NCBI GenBank assembly: GCA_002482815.1
Contig: DLGS01000364.1
Span: forward strand, 1-44,327
Source of the DNA: Bacteroidetes bacterium UBA7688
GTDB taxonomy: Bacteria; Bacteroidota; Bacteroidia; Chitinophagales; Chitinophagaceae
Direction of reading: 5' to 3'
DNA: 44,327 bases
Each line of letters begins with the position of its first letter. Positions within the stretch are counted from its first letter, which is position 1. Below the pieces are notes generated by a model. The model was not told the DNA's origin. It was given only the letters and a program-made list of their open reading frames with translations, and did no database searches. Positions 8,840 to 17,633 of the stretch are shown in pieces. Made by a program: the position numbers and the translations under genes.

Positions 8840-10291
8840 CTAGTGGGCAACAATAATTTGTCTTGCTACCTGGGCGCCTTTAGTGCCAATCAACTGGATA
8901 AAATAATTGCCTGAAGGAATATTGGCAACAGAAATAGCAGTGTTGATTGAAGAAGCTGATGGCAGCGAAACCGTTTGCATAACACGTCCCTGAATATCAG
9001 AAACCGATATGGTGATAGCCTGGGCCGTTTCCATCGTGGCAGTGATATTCAACACATCTCTGGCAGGAACAGGATACAGATTTACGGTCGCTTTTGTTTC
9101 CGGATTTTCTTTGATGCCGGCCGGTGAGAATTCTTCGTAATAATAAGTATCTCTGTAGTCGCCGGGAGTAGTCTCAAATGCGTGTGTAGACGGATTGTAC
9201 ATCTGAGACTCGTCTCTTGTCATTTGTTTGTAAGCATTGTAGGTGTACATGTTGCGGCTGAACGTATCAGTTATCAGTCCGCTTACATCATCGCGAAAGC
9301 TTTCAATAACAATTGTTTTATTGCCGGATGCATCGTACGTGTTCTGTCTGGTGTAGTTATTTTCCCAGGCAGATGCCGTGCTGTTCCAGCCCTGGTTATC
9401 TTCGATGATGGCATTTTTTGCAGCATCATATCCATAGGTGGTCAGCGAGTAAGGCTCCAGTGTGCCGGACGCTGTCATGTCGATTTCAACCAGTTCGGTA
9501 GTCAGTGTACCGCTTACTGCATCATAAGTATTCGTTTGTTTGCCAAAACTTGACCAGCCTGATCCCATCCAGAATTGAACCTCAGTCGTGGCGACCTTAT
9601 CAGCGGCGGTGTAGGTATAAACGGTGCGGCTGAAATTTGCCCAGGCTGTTCCACCCCACTGCTCAGCGGTTTCACTCGCAATCATTTTTGATGCAGTGTA
9701 TGTGTAAGTGGTGCGGGTATCATTTTCCCAGGCAGTGCCATCCCAGCTTTGTGCGCTGTCCTGTGTTCTTTTGTTGTCGGTGTTATAAGAAAAATAATTG
9801 CGGGAAAAATCCACCAGCATTGAAAGGGAATTGTCCCAGTCTTTGGCTTTATAAAAGATAATATTGTCCTGCGTATCAAACAGTTGATTTTGTACACCAT
9901 AAACGGTTGGGGTGCCTGTGCTGACATCAAACATGCGCACCGAGTCGTATTTAATATAATCGCTTTTCAGGTCTCCTCCGCGGGCGCCGGTGTAGCTGGC
10001 CCTGATGGTGTCATTCAATGTAAAAACGGAACCATCAAATTCTCTGTACGCCTCTGCTATAAGCCTGGAGTTGAGTGCAGTGGTTTTGCCTGTAGCCAGT
10101 TTGCTTTTTTCTGCCTTGTTTTTCAGGCCTGTCATTTGCTTTTTAAAAGCGATAATATTCTGGTCGCGTGTATTGTACCTGGATAATACGGCGGGTTTTG
10201 TACCTAATGTGGGTTGTTTTCTGGCAAAAACATCGGTACTGCAAAAACCCAAAATCATCAGGCCGGAAAGTGTCATTGTCTTAATGTTCAT
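8840..10291 (-). CDS. T9SS type A sorting domain-containing repeat protein, paralog of 7301-8716
   Basis: Same architecture: MNIK..L start, KTTAL.SR.IAEAY, YTY repeats, YYEEF.PA.IKE linker and an identical last 31 aa. Confidence 0.88.
   Translation of the reverse strand: MNIKTMTLSGLMILGFCSTDVFARKQPTLGTKPAVLSRYNTRDQNIIAFKKQMTGLKNKAEKSKLATGKTTALNSRLIAEAYREFDGSVFTLNDTIRASYTGARGGDLKSDYIKYDSVRMFDVSTGTPTVYGVQNQLFDTQDNIIFYKAKDWDNSLSMLVDFSRNYFSYNTDNKRTQDSAQSWDGTAWENDTRTTYTYTASKMIASETAEQWGGTAWANFSRTVYTYTAADKVATTEVQFWMGSGWSSFGKQTNTYDAVSGTLTTELVEIDMTASGTLEPYSLTTYGYDAAKNAIIEDNQGWNSTASAWENNYTRQNTYDASGNKTIVIESFRDDVSGLITDTFSRNMYTYNAYKQMTRDESQMYNPSTHAFETTPGDYRDTYYYEEFSPAGIKENPETKATVNLYPVPARDVLNITATMETAQAITISVSDIQGRVMQTVSLPSASSINTAISVANIPSGNYFIQLIGTKGAQVARQIIVAH
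8841..8936. repeat. Direct repeat copy 2 (3' end of T9SS gene)
   Basis: 96 nt matching 7302-7397 with 6 synonymous mismatches. Confidence 0.9.
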
Positions 10292-10429
10292 AGTGCTGTT
10301 TTTTTAGGGTATCAATAATGAATAGGACTCTAACGCAATGTTACAGAAAATAGTATGCAACAAGTGGTTGTAAATCCAATATTAACAGCGTGTTCTGTTA
10401 ATCCATCCTGATGAAAACAGGGGCAGATT

Positions 10430-11311
10430 CTAATTCCTTTTATCAATTCCCCAGTAAAGTTTCTGGCGGATTGTTTTCAGAAAATTATGATCGTGCGGGC
10501 GAACGAGTGAGATGGAAAAATTCTCCTTGCGGATCGCCAGCTGTGTATCGCTGGTGATGGTTTCGGAGCGCGAATCGAGTGTGCACAAAAAGGTATCGGA
10601 ACGGCCTTCCACTTCGAAGGAAATAATACCATCATCGGGCACGACAATGCTGCGCAAATTCAGATTGTGAGGCGCGACCGGTGTAATAACAAAATTGGAT
10701 GCCTGCGGAAAAACAACCGGCCCGCCGCAACTAAGCGAATAACCGGTAGAGCCGGTAGGCGTAGCGACGATGAGACCATCTGCCCAGTAGGTGTTCAGGA
10801 ATTCACCGTTGAGATAAGTGTGAATCTTAATCATCGAGGATGAATCTTTACGATGAATCGTAAATTCATTCAGCCCGAAAGGACTGTCGCCAAACAAAGG
10901 GATATTGGCATCCAGGTGCAGCAGGCTGCGCTTTTCGATGGTATAGGAGCCTTGCACCAATGAACTCAGCGCATCATCTACATCATCTTCAGAAATGGCA
11001 GCGAGAAATCCGAGTCTTCCCAGGTTGATACCAATAATTGGAATATTGCTGTTGCCCACGAAAGTAATGGTATCGAGCATTGTTCCATCCCCGCCAAAAC
11101 TAAACAACATATCTGTATGTAATGGCAAATCCGTCCGCCCGGTAAACAGTATTTGCGGTGGTCGCTGCAGTTGCAGGTGCGGCTGAATACGCTGATAAAA
11201 ATCTTCGAAGAAAATCAGATTTAGCTGATAGCCTTCCAGCTTGTGGATAATGCGCTGGAGAGTCGGAATGTCTTCCGGCTCAAAGGTGCGGTTGTATAAG
11301 GCTACGAGCAT
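10430..11311 (-). CDS. nadK: NAD kinase
   Basis: GGDGT motif, GINLGRLGFLA, the NE motif and DGLIVATPTGSTGYSLSCGGP. Confidence 0.95.
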   Translation of the reverse strand: MLVALYNRTFEPEDIPTLQRIIHKLEGYQLNLIFFEDFYQRIQPHLQLQRPPQILFTGRTDLPLHTDMLFSFGGDGTMLDTITFVGNSNIPIIGINLGRLGFLAAISEDDVDDALSSLVQGSYTIEKRSLLHLDANIPLFGDSPFGLNEFTIHRKDSSSMIKIHTYLNGEFLNTYWADGLIVATPTGSTGYSLSCGGPVVFPQASNFVITPVAPHNLNLRSIVVPDDGIISFEVEGRSDTFLCTLDSRSETITSDTQLAIRKENFSISLVRPHDHNFLKTIRQKLYWGIDKRN

Positions 11312-11317
11312 AAATGT

Positions 11318-12748
11318 TTATTCACTGTTGGCGTGCAAATATACCCCATTTTCGCCCAAATGATTTATAGCAAATTCTATCCGTAATTTAAGGTCGTATG
11401 CAGTAATAATGTCCACCCCAAACCCCACAGAATACAACAAAGTATTGGCCAGGTTGTTATTATTCTTTGCTGCATTATTAGCCGCATATCCGCAATCGAA
11501 AAAGACTTTGGGATAAATCCATAAGGGTAGTTCGGGCAAATAGCGGAATGGCAACTGATGAAATTGGCGGCGCAGGGCTTCATATTTCAGGCTGACACGA
11601 CCTATTGCAAAATGATCAGCTTCTACCACATAATATTCATAGCCTCGCACATAGTTTGTTTTGTAGCCAAAAGCTGATTGCAGAAAATAAGGTTGGTCTT
11701 TGGTAAAAGTTGTTCTTCCCCGAAAGATAAATGAAGTATAAAAACGATTATTTAATTTCTTGAAAACGCCCAGTTCCAATCCTGCCAGTGCCTGATAATT
11801 CATGCCACGAATTCCAAATCTGGATGCAGCAGAACCCACTATTTTTAGTCCTCTTCGCGGATAATTCCAATTGTCCACACCGTTGTATTCATATCGGTAA
11901 GCCAGTTCTGTAAAGGATAACTGATTACTGTTGTTGGCAAAATAATCCTTGTTCAGGATTTTGACAGTATCGCCCACCGAATAGTTATAGTATCCAAGGC
12001 TGATGATATGCCGGGTTTTGTAAGCTGCCCGATAAAACCATGATGCATTCGCGAAAAAGGAATTGTACAGAAAGTCGTTGTTGTGCCGGGTGAACAGCAG
12101 CTTATTGTTGACAGTAGTATAAGCCAGTTCCTTGCTTCTGGAAAAGCCTGCACCGAAACCAATCCCTTGTTTTTGGGCCCGGTCAATATAGGGCCTGAAG
12201 TAGGTGGCGGTCAGTTATTGGGTGTAGCCAAAGTGCGTGCTGAGGGTTAATCTGTCGAGGCGTCCGCTCAGATTTTTGTGCAGCAAATAGATGCCCAGGT
12301 TGATGCGGCTGAGGTCGTGGTTGTGCTCGTTCCACCAGACATTCACGTTTCTGTCAGCCAGTTGTACGTCTGCCTGCGGTATAATAAACCATTGCTCTTT
12401 CAAGGCGAGATTGATAACAATGCTTTCGGCATTACCCGTGTCAGTTGTAAATTTTATATCCGTAAAAATATTGAGGTTGTAAAGTCTTTGATAATTGAGA
12501 TGCAAAATGCTTTCCAATGAATCGGCACAAAGCTGATCGCCTTCAGCAATGCTCATTTCTCTGAGAATAACTGTGGTTTTGGTACGGACATTTCCGGAGA
12601 TGTTGATGCGCTGAATCGTCTTTTTCTGATCACAAATTACAGATTCCTTTTCCGGCAAAACGGTCAGTTGCGGTTCAGAAGATTTTTGCCCGATACACAA
12701 TTGTGCTGAACAGAAAAACAGAATAAAGGAGAATAAAAAATGCCGCAC
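11318..12748 (-). pseudogene. POTRA-domain / Omp85 (BamA/TamA-like) outer-membrane protein interrupted by one in-frame TAA at 12215-12217
   Basis: ORFs 12215-12808 and 11318-11977 are in the same frame. Reading through the TAA gives GYTQ*LTATYFRPYIDRAQKQG...YNYSVGDTVK with no other stop. POTRA motif ISGNVRTKTTVILREM and an Omp85-type VRGYE motif are present. Probable GTG start at 12748. A sequencing error cannot be excluded. Confidence 0.8.
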
Positions 12749-12797
12749 GTCAAAGGTTGAATGCGGCAAATATAGTGCATGGATTCCGAGCGAACGA

Positions 12798-13301
12798 TTA
12801 CCACTCATACTCGCGCTCCACTCTTTTTTTCAATCTCTGGACAAGATTATAGGTTGCGGGGCAATAGGACAGGTTTTGGGTAAAAGTATCGTTGTAGTTA
12901 TCAAAAGGTTGTTTGTTGTGATGCGGGAATTCGGCACAATCCAAAGGTCGCACTTCGTAAATGCTGCATTTATTATCGTCCTGTAGAAACTGGCAGGGTG
13001 TGCTGAGGTTCATCCAGTCGCCGGTTTCAGCTTCCTGGTACAGCCATTTATCTTTGAATGCTTTTGGCTTCATGCCCAAATGCGCTGAAATGCGTTTGAT
13101 GTCAGCCGGTGAAAAAGTAGGCGTCATTTTTTTACAGCAATTGGCACAGCTCAGGCAGTCTGTTTCAGCCCACATTTTTGCATCTTCTTCTGCCACCAGC
13201 TGTGGCATTTCATCGGGTACAATTTCATCGAGCTTCTGGAGAAAAGCAGCGAGGGCTTCTTTTTCGGCTGCCGGCCTTCTTTTAAATTGTTTAAGGTTCA
13301 T
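12798..13301 (-). CDS. YkgJ family cysteine-cluster (CxxCxxCC) protein
   Basis: DCLSCANCCK and PCQFL...CSIYEVRPLDCAEFP. Confidence 0.9.
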   Translation of the reverse strand: MNLKQFKRRPAAEKEALAAFLQKLDEIVPDEMPQLVAEEDAKMWAETDCLSCANCCKKMTPTFSPADIKRISAHLGMKPKAFKDKWLYQEAETGDWMNLSTPCQFLQDDNKCSIYEVRPLDCAEFPHHNKQPFDNYNDTFTQNLSYCPATYNLVQRLKKRVEREYEW

Positions 13302-13312
13302 CTCAATCTGAT

Positions 13313-14257
13313 TTATCGGGCTAAAGGATCTTTTATTAATTGGTTGAATTCAGTCATGATTTGCTGTACAATTTCGCCTGCAGGCAAAATTGTATCGATC
13401 AAAGCACTTACCTGGCCAATTTCCAGTTCGCCTTCAGTCATATCGCCTTCGAGCATGCCTTTTTTTGCACGCCCTCTGCCCAGCATTTCTGTCAGTTGCT
13501 CCGGGTTAGCACCCTCTTTTTCAGCTGTTTGTATTTGTTGGGCAAATGGATTGGCCAGTAATCGAACAGGCGTCAGCTTTTTAATGCTCAGCATAGTGTC
13601 GCCTTCTTTAGCATTCACTACCGCTTCCTTAAAATTGAGGTGTGATGACGCTTCGGGTGTAGCTACAAAGCGACTGCCAATCTGTACAGCATCTGCACCC
13701 AGTACCATCGCTGCCAACATTGTCCGGGCATCATAAATGCCGCCGGCAGCTATTAACGGGATTTTTAATTCTTTTCTGACCAATGGAATGAGGCACATCG
13801 TTGTGGTTTCTTCACGGCCATTATGCCCGCCTGCTTCAAAACCTTCAGCCACAACTGCATCGCAGCCGGCGTCCTGACATTTCAATGCAAATTTTGCACT
13901 CGAAACAACGTGCACCACTTTAATGCCTTTTTCTTTTAGGACGGAAGTCCATGTTTTGGGGTTTCCGGCAGAAGTAAAAACAATCGGCACTTTCTCTTCT
14001 ATAATAATCTGCATTATTTCCCCAATATTCGGATATAAGAGAGGAACATTGACGCCAAATGGTTTATTTGTTGCTGATTTGCATTTTTGAATATGCTCCC
14101 GCAATACTTCGGGGTACATGCTGCCGGCGCCGATAAGCCCCAGTCCGCCGGCATTTGAAACCGCCGATGCCAGTTTCCATCCGCTGGCCCATATCATTCC
14201 TGCCTGAATGATAGGATATTCTATACCCAATAATTGGGTTACGCTGTTTTGACTCAT
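13313..14257 (-). CDS. Nitronate monooxygenase family / FabK-like flavin-dependent oxidoreductase
   Basis: YPIIQAGM, AVSNAGGLGLIG, EGFEAGGHNG, IAAGGI and GADAVQIGSRF. Confidence 0.88.
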   Translation of the reverse strand: MSQNSVTQLLGIEYPIIQAGMIWASGWKLASAVSNAGGLGLIGAGSMYPEVLREHIQKCKSATNKPFGVNVPLLYPNIGEIMQIIIEEKVPIVFTSAGNPKTWTSVLKEKGIKVVHVVSSAKFALKCQDAGCDAVVAEGFEAGGHNGREETTTMCLIPLVRKELKIPLIAAGGIYDARTMLAAMVLGADAVQIGSRFVATPEASSHLNFKEAVVNAKEGDTMLSIKKLTPVRLLANPFAQQIQTAEKEGANPEQLTEMLGRGRAKKGMLEGDMTEGELEIGQVSALIDTILPAGEIVQQIMTEFNQLIKDPLAR

Positions 14258-14270
14258 GAAATAAGTTGGG

Positions 14271-15053
14271 CTATTGATTTTCGACTTTAGAGACGCTCAT
14301 CATTTTACTGTAATTCTGCGCAATTTTGAGTGCCTCAGGACCTTCAGATCCAACAGATTGAAGGGCGGCGAATCCGGGAAAATTAGGTGCTGCAAACCAG
14401 GTAGCGAGGTCAGACCTTAAAATTATTGATGGTTCTTTGGAAGCCTGAACTCTGGCATTTGAAGGCAATGATAAGCGGATTTTCTTGATGACATTATATT
14501 CACCTTTAAATCCGGCAATATGGTAGGATAAAAAATTATTTACCAAGAGTGAGTTTTCAATCTCTCCTTCCATTTTTGCCATAATATAACCACTGTTCCA
14601 ACTCCAGATCATATGGTTTATAGGGTCCAAAGCGCCTACCTGTGCGCCTGAAAAATTGCGCACACTATCCACGCCTATTAAAAATTCTATTGTTGTATAG
14701 TTTCCCGGAGGCACATCTTTGATTTTAAACTCCAGGGTATGGGCTGAATCGCCTTTGGTCAGGTGATAGCTCTCTTTCTCAGCATAGCGGTTTCCTGAGT
14801 CATCAATAAATACAAAGTTCGTCAGATAATAATTATATAAAGACACCGAAAATTTGTTGCCATTAGGCAGGGTATAAATGGAAGTATCTCCAACAACGAG
14901 TGCTCTTTCGCCTACAAAATTTTCCACTTTTATATTTATTACGCCTTTACTGACAGGTGGTGTGTTTGAATCTGGGATGGGCAAATCTTTTTTTCTGCAC
15001 CCTCCAAGACTAATAAGCAAAATCAGTGCAGGCAATAACTTTCTCATTGACAT
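14271..15053 (-). CDS. MbnP-family lipoprotein (putative copper-binding)
   Basis: Lipobox LGGC, followed by YYLTNF, IGVDSVRN and GALDP...MIWSWNSGY, which contains the MbnP WxW motif. Confidence 0.75.
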   Translation of the reverse strand: MSMRKLLPALILLISLGGCRKKDLPIPDSNTPPVSKGVINIKVENFVGERALVVGDTSIYTLPNGNKFSVSLYNYYLTNFVFIDDSGNRYAEKESYHLTKGDSAHTLEFKIKDVPPGNYTTIEFLIGVDSVRNFSGAQVGALDPINHMIWSWNSGYIMAKMEGEIENSLLVNNFLSYHIAGFKGEYNVIKKIRLSLPSNARVQASKEPSIILRSDLATWFAAPNFPGFAALQSVGSEGPEALKIAQNYSKMMSVSKVENQ

Positions 15054-15135
15054 AATTATTTTATAAGAAGTCCGAAATTACGAAGGTTTCTTTAAACAAG
15101 ATTACAGAGGAACTAATTATACAAGCTGCAGGAAG

Positions 15136-15143
15136 TACCTTTG
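15136..15143 (+). promoter_or_regulatory. Bacteroidota -7 promoter element (TACCTTTG)
   Basis: TAnnTTTG match 6 nt upstream of ATG 15150. Confidence 0.6.
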
Positions 15144-15149
15144 CAAACT

Positions 15150-17048
15150 ATGCATTACGTTAGTGTCGAAAATCTGACCAAATCTTTTGGAATAAAACCC
15201 CTGTTTACAAATATCACTTTTCATATCAACGAAGGAGATAAAATAGCCATCATCGCCAAAAACGGCAGTGGAAAATCAACTCTGTTGAAAATTCTTTCAG
15301 GACAGGATGTTGCTGATAGTGGTAAAGTGTGGATTCATAAAGAAGTTACGGTCGCTTTGTTTGAGCAGGAGCCGAAGTTTAATGAAGACTTGTCCATTCT
15401 TGATAATATTTTTCATGCAGAACACCCTATTGTAAAGGCTATCCGCGATTACGAACTCGCTCTGGAAACCCCTGACGATGACGGAACGCTGATGTCCAAT
15501 GCCTTGGAAAAAATGGATGAACTGAACGCCTGGGATTTTGACACGAAGGTGAAACAAATACTCGGCAAGTTGAATATTCATCATCTGAACCAACAGGTAA
15601 AGAGCCTTTCAGGAGGCCAGCGCAAAAGAGTTGCGCTGGCACAAACGCTTATCGATATTGGATTTGAGCACAAGCATATTTTGCTGATCATGGATGAACC
15701 GACCAACCATCTTGATGTGGAAATGGTGGAATGGCTGGAACATTACCTTAACCAGGAAAAAATCACCTTATTGCTGGTGACGCATGATCGTTATTTTCTG
15801 GACGCAGTATGTAACAATATCTGGGAAATTGATGGCAGTACGATGAATGCTTACTCCGGTGATTATGAAACCTATATGGAGCAAAAAGCAGCACGTATAG
15901 ACAGCGAAATGGCCAGCATTGACAAAGCAAAAAACCTGTTCCGCAAGGAACTGGAATGGATGCGGAAACAGCCCAAAGCCCGTACAACAAAGTCGAAAAG
16001 CAGGCAGGATAATTTTTATGAAGTTGAGGCTAAAGCAAAACAAAAGATAGAAGACAATAAAGTAAGCCTGCAAATGAAAATGAACCGCATGGGCGGAAAA
16101 ATTGCGGAGCTGAAAAAGGTTTATCAATCGTTTGGAGAGAAGGTCATATTAAAAGGGTTTGACTATACATTCAATCGTGGGGAAAGGCTTGGTATTATTG
16201 GAAAAAATGGTGCAGGTAAGTCTACTTTCTTACAGATTTTACAAGGGCAAATGCAACCCGATAGCGGAAAAGTGAATGTAGGAGAAACGATTGTGTTCGG
16301 AAATTTCTCGCAACAAGGCCTTGAAATTAAAGAGGACGTGCGGGTGATTGAATATGTAAAAAACATAGCCGAGAATTTCCCTATGGCAAAAGGCGGGTCG
16401 ATCAGTGCCGCACAGTTCCTGGAGCTGTTTCTGTTTACGCCAGATCAACAATATACCTACCTGTCAAAACTGAGTGGAGGGGAGAAGAAGCGACTGCAAT
16501 TATTGGCGGTTTTGTTTCGTAACCCTAATTTTCTGATTTTAGATGAACCGACAAATGACCTGGATCTTCCAACACTTGGTGTTCTGGAGCGGTTCCTGAG
16601 CGATTTTGCCGGTTGCTTACTGATCGTTTCTCATGACCGCTATTTTATGGATCGTCTGGTGGATCATCTTTTTGTTTTTGAAGGAGAAGGAAATATTACC
16701 GATTTCCCCGGAAATTACAGTGATTACAGAATATGGGAAAAATCGCGCGAGCGCAATGATACCAGCATTAAAGGAACGCAACTGTCCTCAGAGCCGGAAC
16801 CAGTCCCGGTGGTCGAGATTAAAGCTGAGCCGATCAAATCAAAGAGAAAACTATCATTTAAAGAACAGAAAGAGCTGGAGCAGTTAGAAAAGGAAATGCC
16901 GGAACTGGAAAACGAGAAAGAAGAAATTGCAAAGAAAATGACTGGAAATGTGCCGTTTGATGAATTACAGAAATTAAGCAATCGTGCGACAGCAATCACC
17001 GGTTTGCTGGAAGAAAAGGAGATGCGCTGGTTGGAGTTGAGTGAGTAA
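15150..17048 (+). CDS. ABC-F family ATPase (Uup-like)
   Basis: Two ABC cassettes (NGSGKST/LSGGQ/MDEPTNHLD and GKNGAGKST/LSGGE/LDEPTNDLD), no TM segments, and a C-terminal coiled coil KRKLSFKEQKE...RWLELSE. ATG 15150 is preferred because TTG 15141 lies inside the promoter element. Confidence 0.93.
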   Translation: MHYVSVENLTKSFGIKPLFTNITFHINEGDKIAIIAKNGSGKSTLLKILSGQDVADSGKVWIHKEVTVALFEQEPKFNEDLSILDNIFHAEHPIVKAIRDYELALETPDDDGTLMSNALEKMDELNAWDFDTKVKQILGKLNIHHLNQQVKSLSGGQRKRVALAQTLIDIGFEHKHILLIMDEPTNHLDVEMVEWLEHYLNQEKITLLLVTHDRYFLDAVCNNIWEIDGSTMNAYSGDYETYMEQKAARIDSEMASIDKAKNLFRKELEWMRKQPKARTTKSKSRQDNFYEVEAKAKQKIEDNKVSLQMKMNRMGGKIAELKKVYQSFGEKVILKGFDYTFNRGERLGIIGKNGAGKSTFLQILQGQMQPDSGKVNVGETIVFGNFSQQGLEIKEDVRVIEYVKNIAENFPMAKGGSISAAQFLELFLFTPDQQYTYLSKLSGGEKKRLQLLAVLFRNPNFLILDEPTNDLDLPTLGVLERFLSDFAGCLLIVSHDRYFMDRLVDHLFVFEGEGNITDFPGNYSDYRIWEKSRERNDTSIKGTQLSSEPEPVPVVEIKAEPIKSKRKLSFKEQKELEQLEKEMPELENEKEEIAKKMTGNVPFDELQKLSNRATAITGLLEEKEMRWLELSE

Positions 17049-17102
17049 AATATAAGGATTTTTCAACAGAAAATTATAACAATCTGGAGTAGATAAAAGT
17101 CT

Positions 17103-17110
17103 TAAATTTG
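17103..17110 (+). promoter_or_regulatory. Bacteroidota -7 promoter element (TAAATTTG)
   Basis: TAnnTTTG match 24 nt upstream of ATG 17135. Confidence 0.55.
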
Positions 17111-17134
17111 TAAGAACCCTGTTAAAAAAATCAA

Positions 17135-17530
17135 ATGAAAAAAGCCACATTAATTTTCTCCGGCCTGGCATTGATTGTAGCCTCTTCCTGCAACAGAACA
17201 GAAAACGACAATACTGCCGGCAAAGGTGGGAATGCCGCGATTAATGCAATCCCAAAACACCACAATGAATACAAGAATATTATCAATGGCAAGGTTTATA
17301 TAGCTTACAATGTGCAGGATCGCCCGTCAAAATATGATGATTCAGTGGCCTGCTCATACGTAGGAGGTGTCCCCACAGCAACTTTTACCGGATTGAAGCC
17401 TGGTAAATATTATCTGCTTGGAAAAGGCTTTGACACATCAATTAACCAGGATGTGAAAGGAGGAACACCTTATACCATCAGTCAGGAAACTACACTGGAA
17501 CTGACAATACCGGTAACAGAAACGCATTAA
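17135..17530 (+). CDS. Hypothetical lipoprotein
   Basis: Lipoprotein signal MKKATLIFSGLALIVASSC and a prealbumin/Cna-B-like strand FTGLKPGKYYL. Confidence 0.8.
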   Translation: MKKATLIFSGLALIVASSCNRTENDNTAGKGGNAAINAIPKHHNEYKNIINGKVYIAYNVQDRPSKYDDSVACSYVGGVPTATFTGLKPGKYYLLGKGFDTSINQDVKGGTPYTISQETTLELTIPVTETH

Positions 17531-17539
17531 TGGGATAGG

Positions 17540-17570
17540 TGTGCATAACCTGTGGATTTTTTTATGCATA
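17540..17570. promoter_or_regulatory. Cluster of DnaA-box-like 9-mers
   Basis: TGTGCATAA (17540-17548, reverse complement fits TTWTNCACA), TGTGGATTT (17551-17559) and TTATGCATA (17562-17570). Confidence 0.35.
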
Positions 17571-17633
17571 CATAACAATGAAATATCTTGCGCTTTCAGG
17601 CTTTTTAATAATTTTGAGTAAAACGAGGAAGAT

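Noticed and set aside
7301-10291. RHS/YD polymorphic toxins
   Set aside because: They are too short, have no RHS core or DPxG cleavage motif, no toxin tip and no immunity gene. The C-terminus is a T9SS sorting domain.
10381-10402. ATTAACAG-N6-CTGTTAAT inverted repeat upstream of the T9SS gene
   Set aside because: It is short and AT-rich with no U-tract or identifiable cognate regulator, so it cannot be distinguished from chance.
11953-12186. 77 aa ORF suggesting a frameshifted middle fragment
   Set aside because: The true continuation is in the same frame as both flanking ORFs. The lesion is a nonsense codon, not a frameshift.
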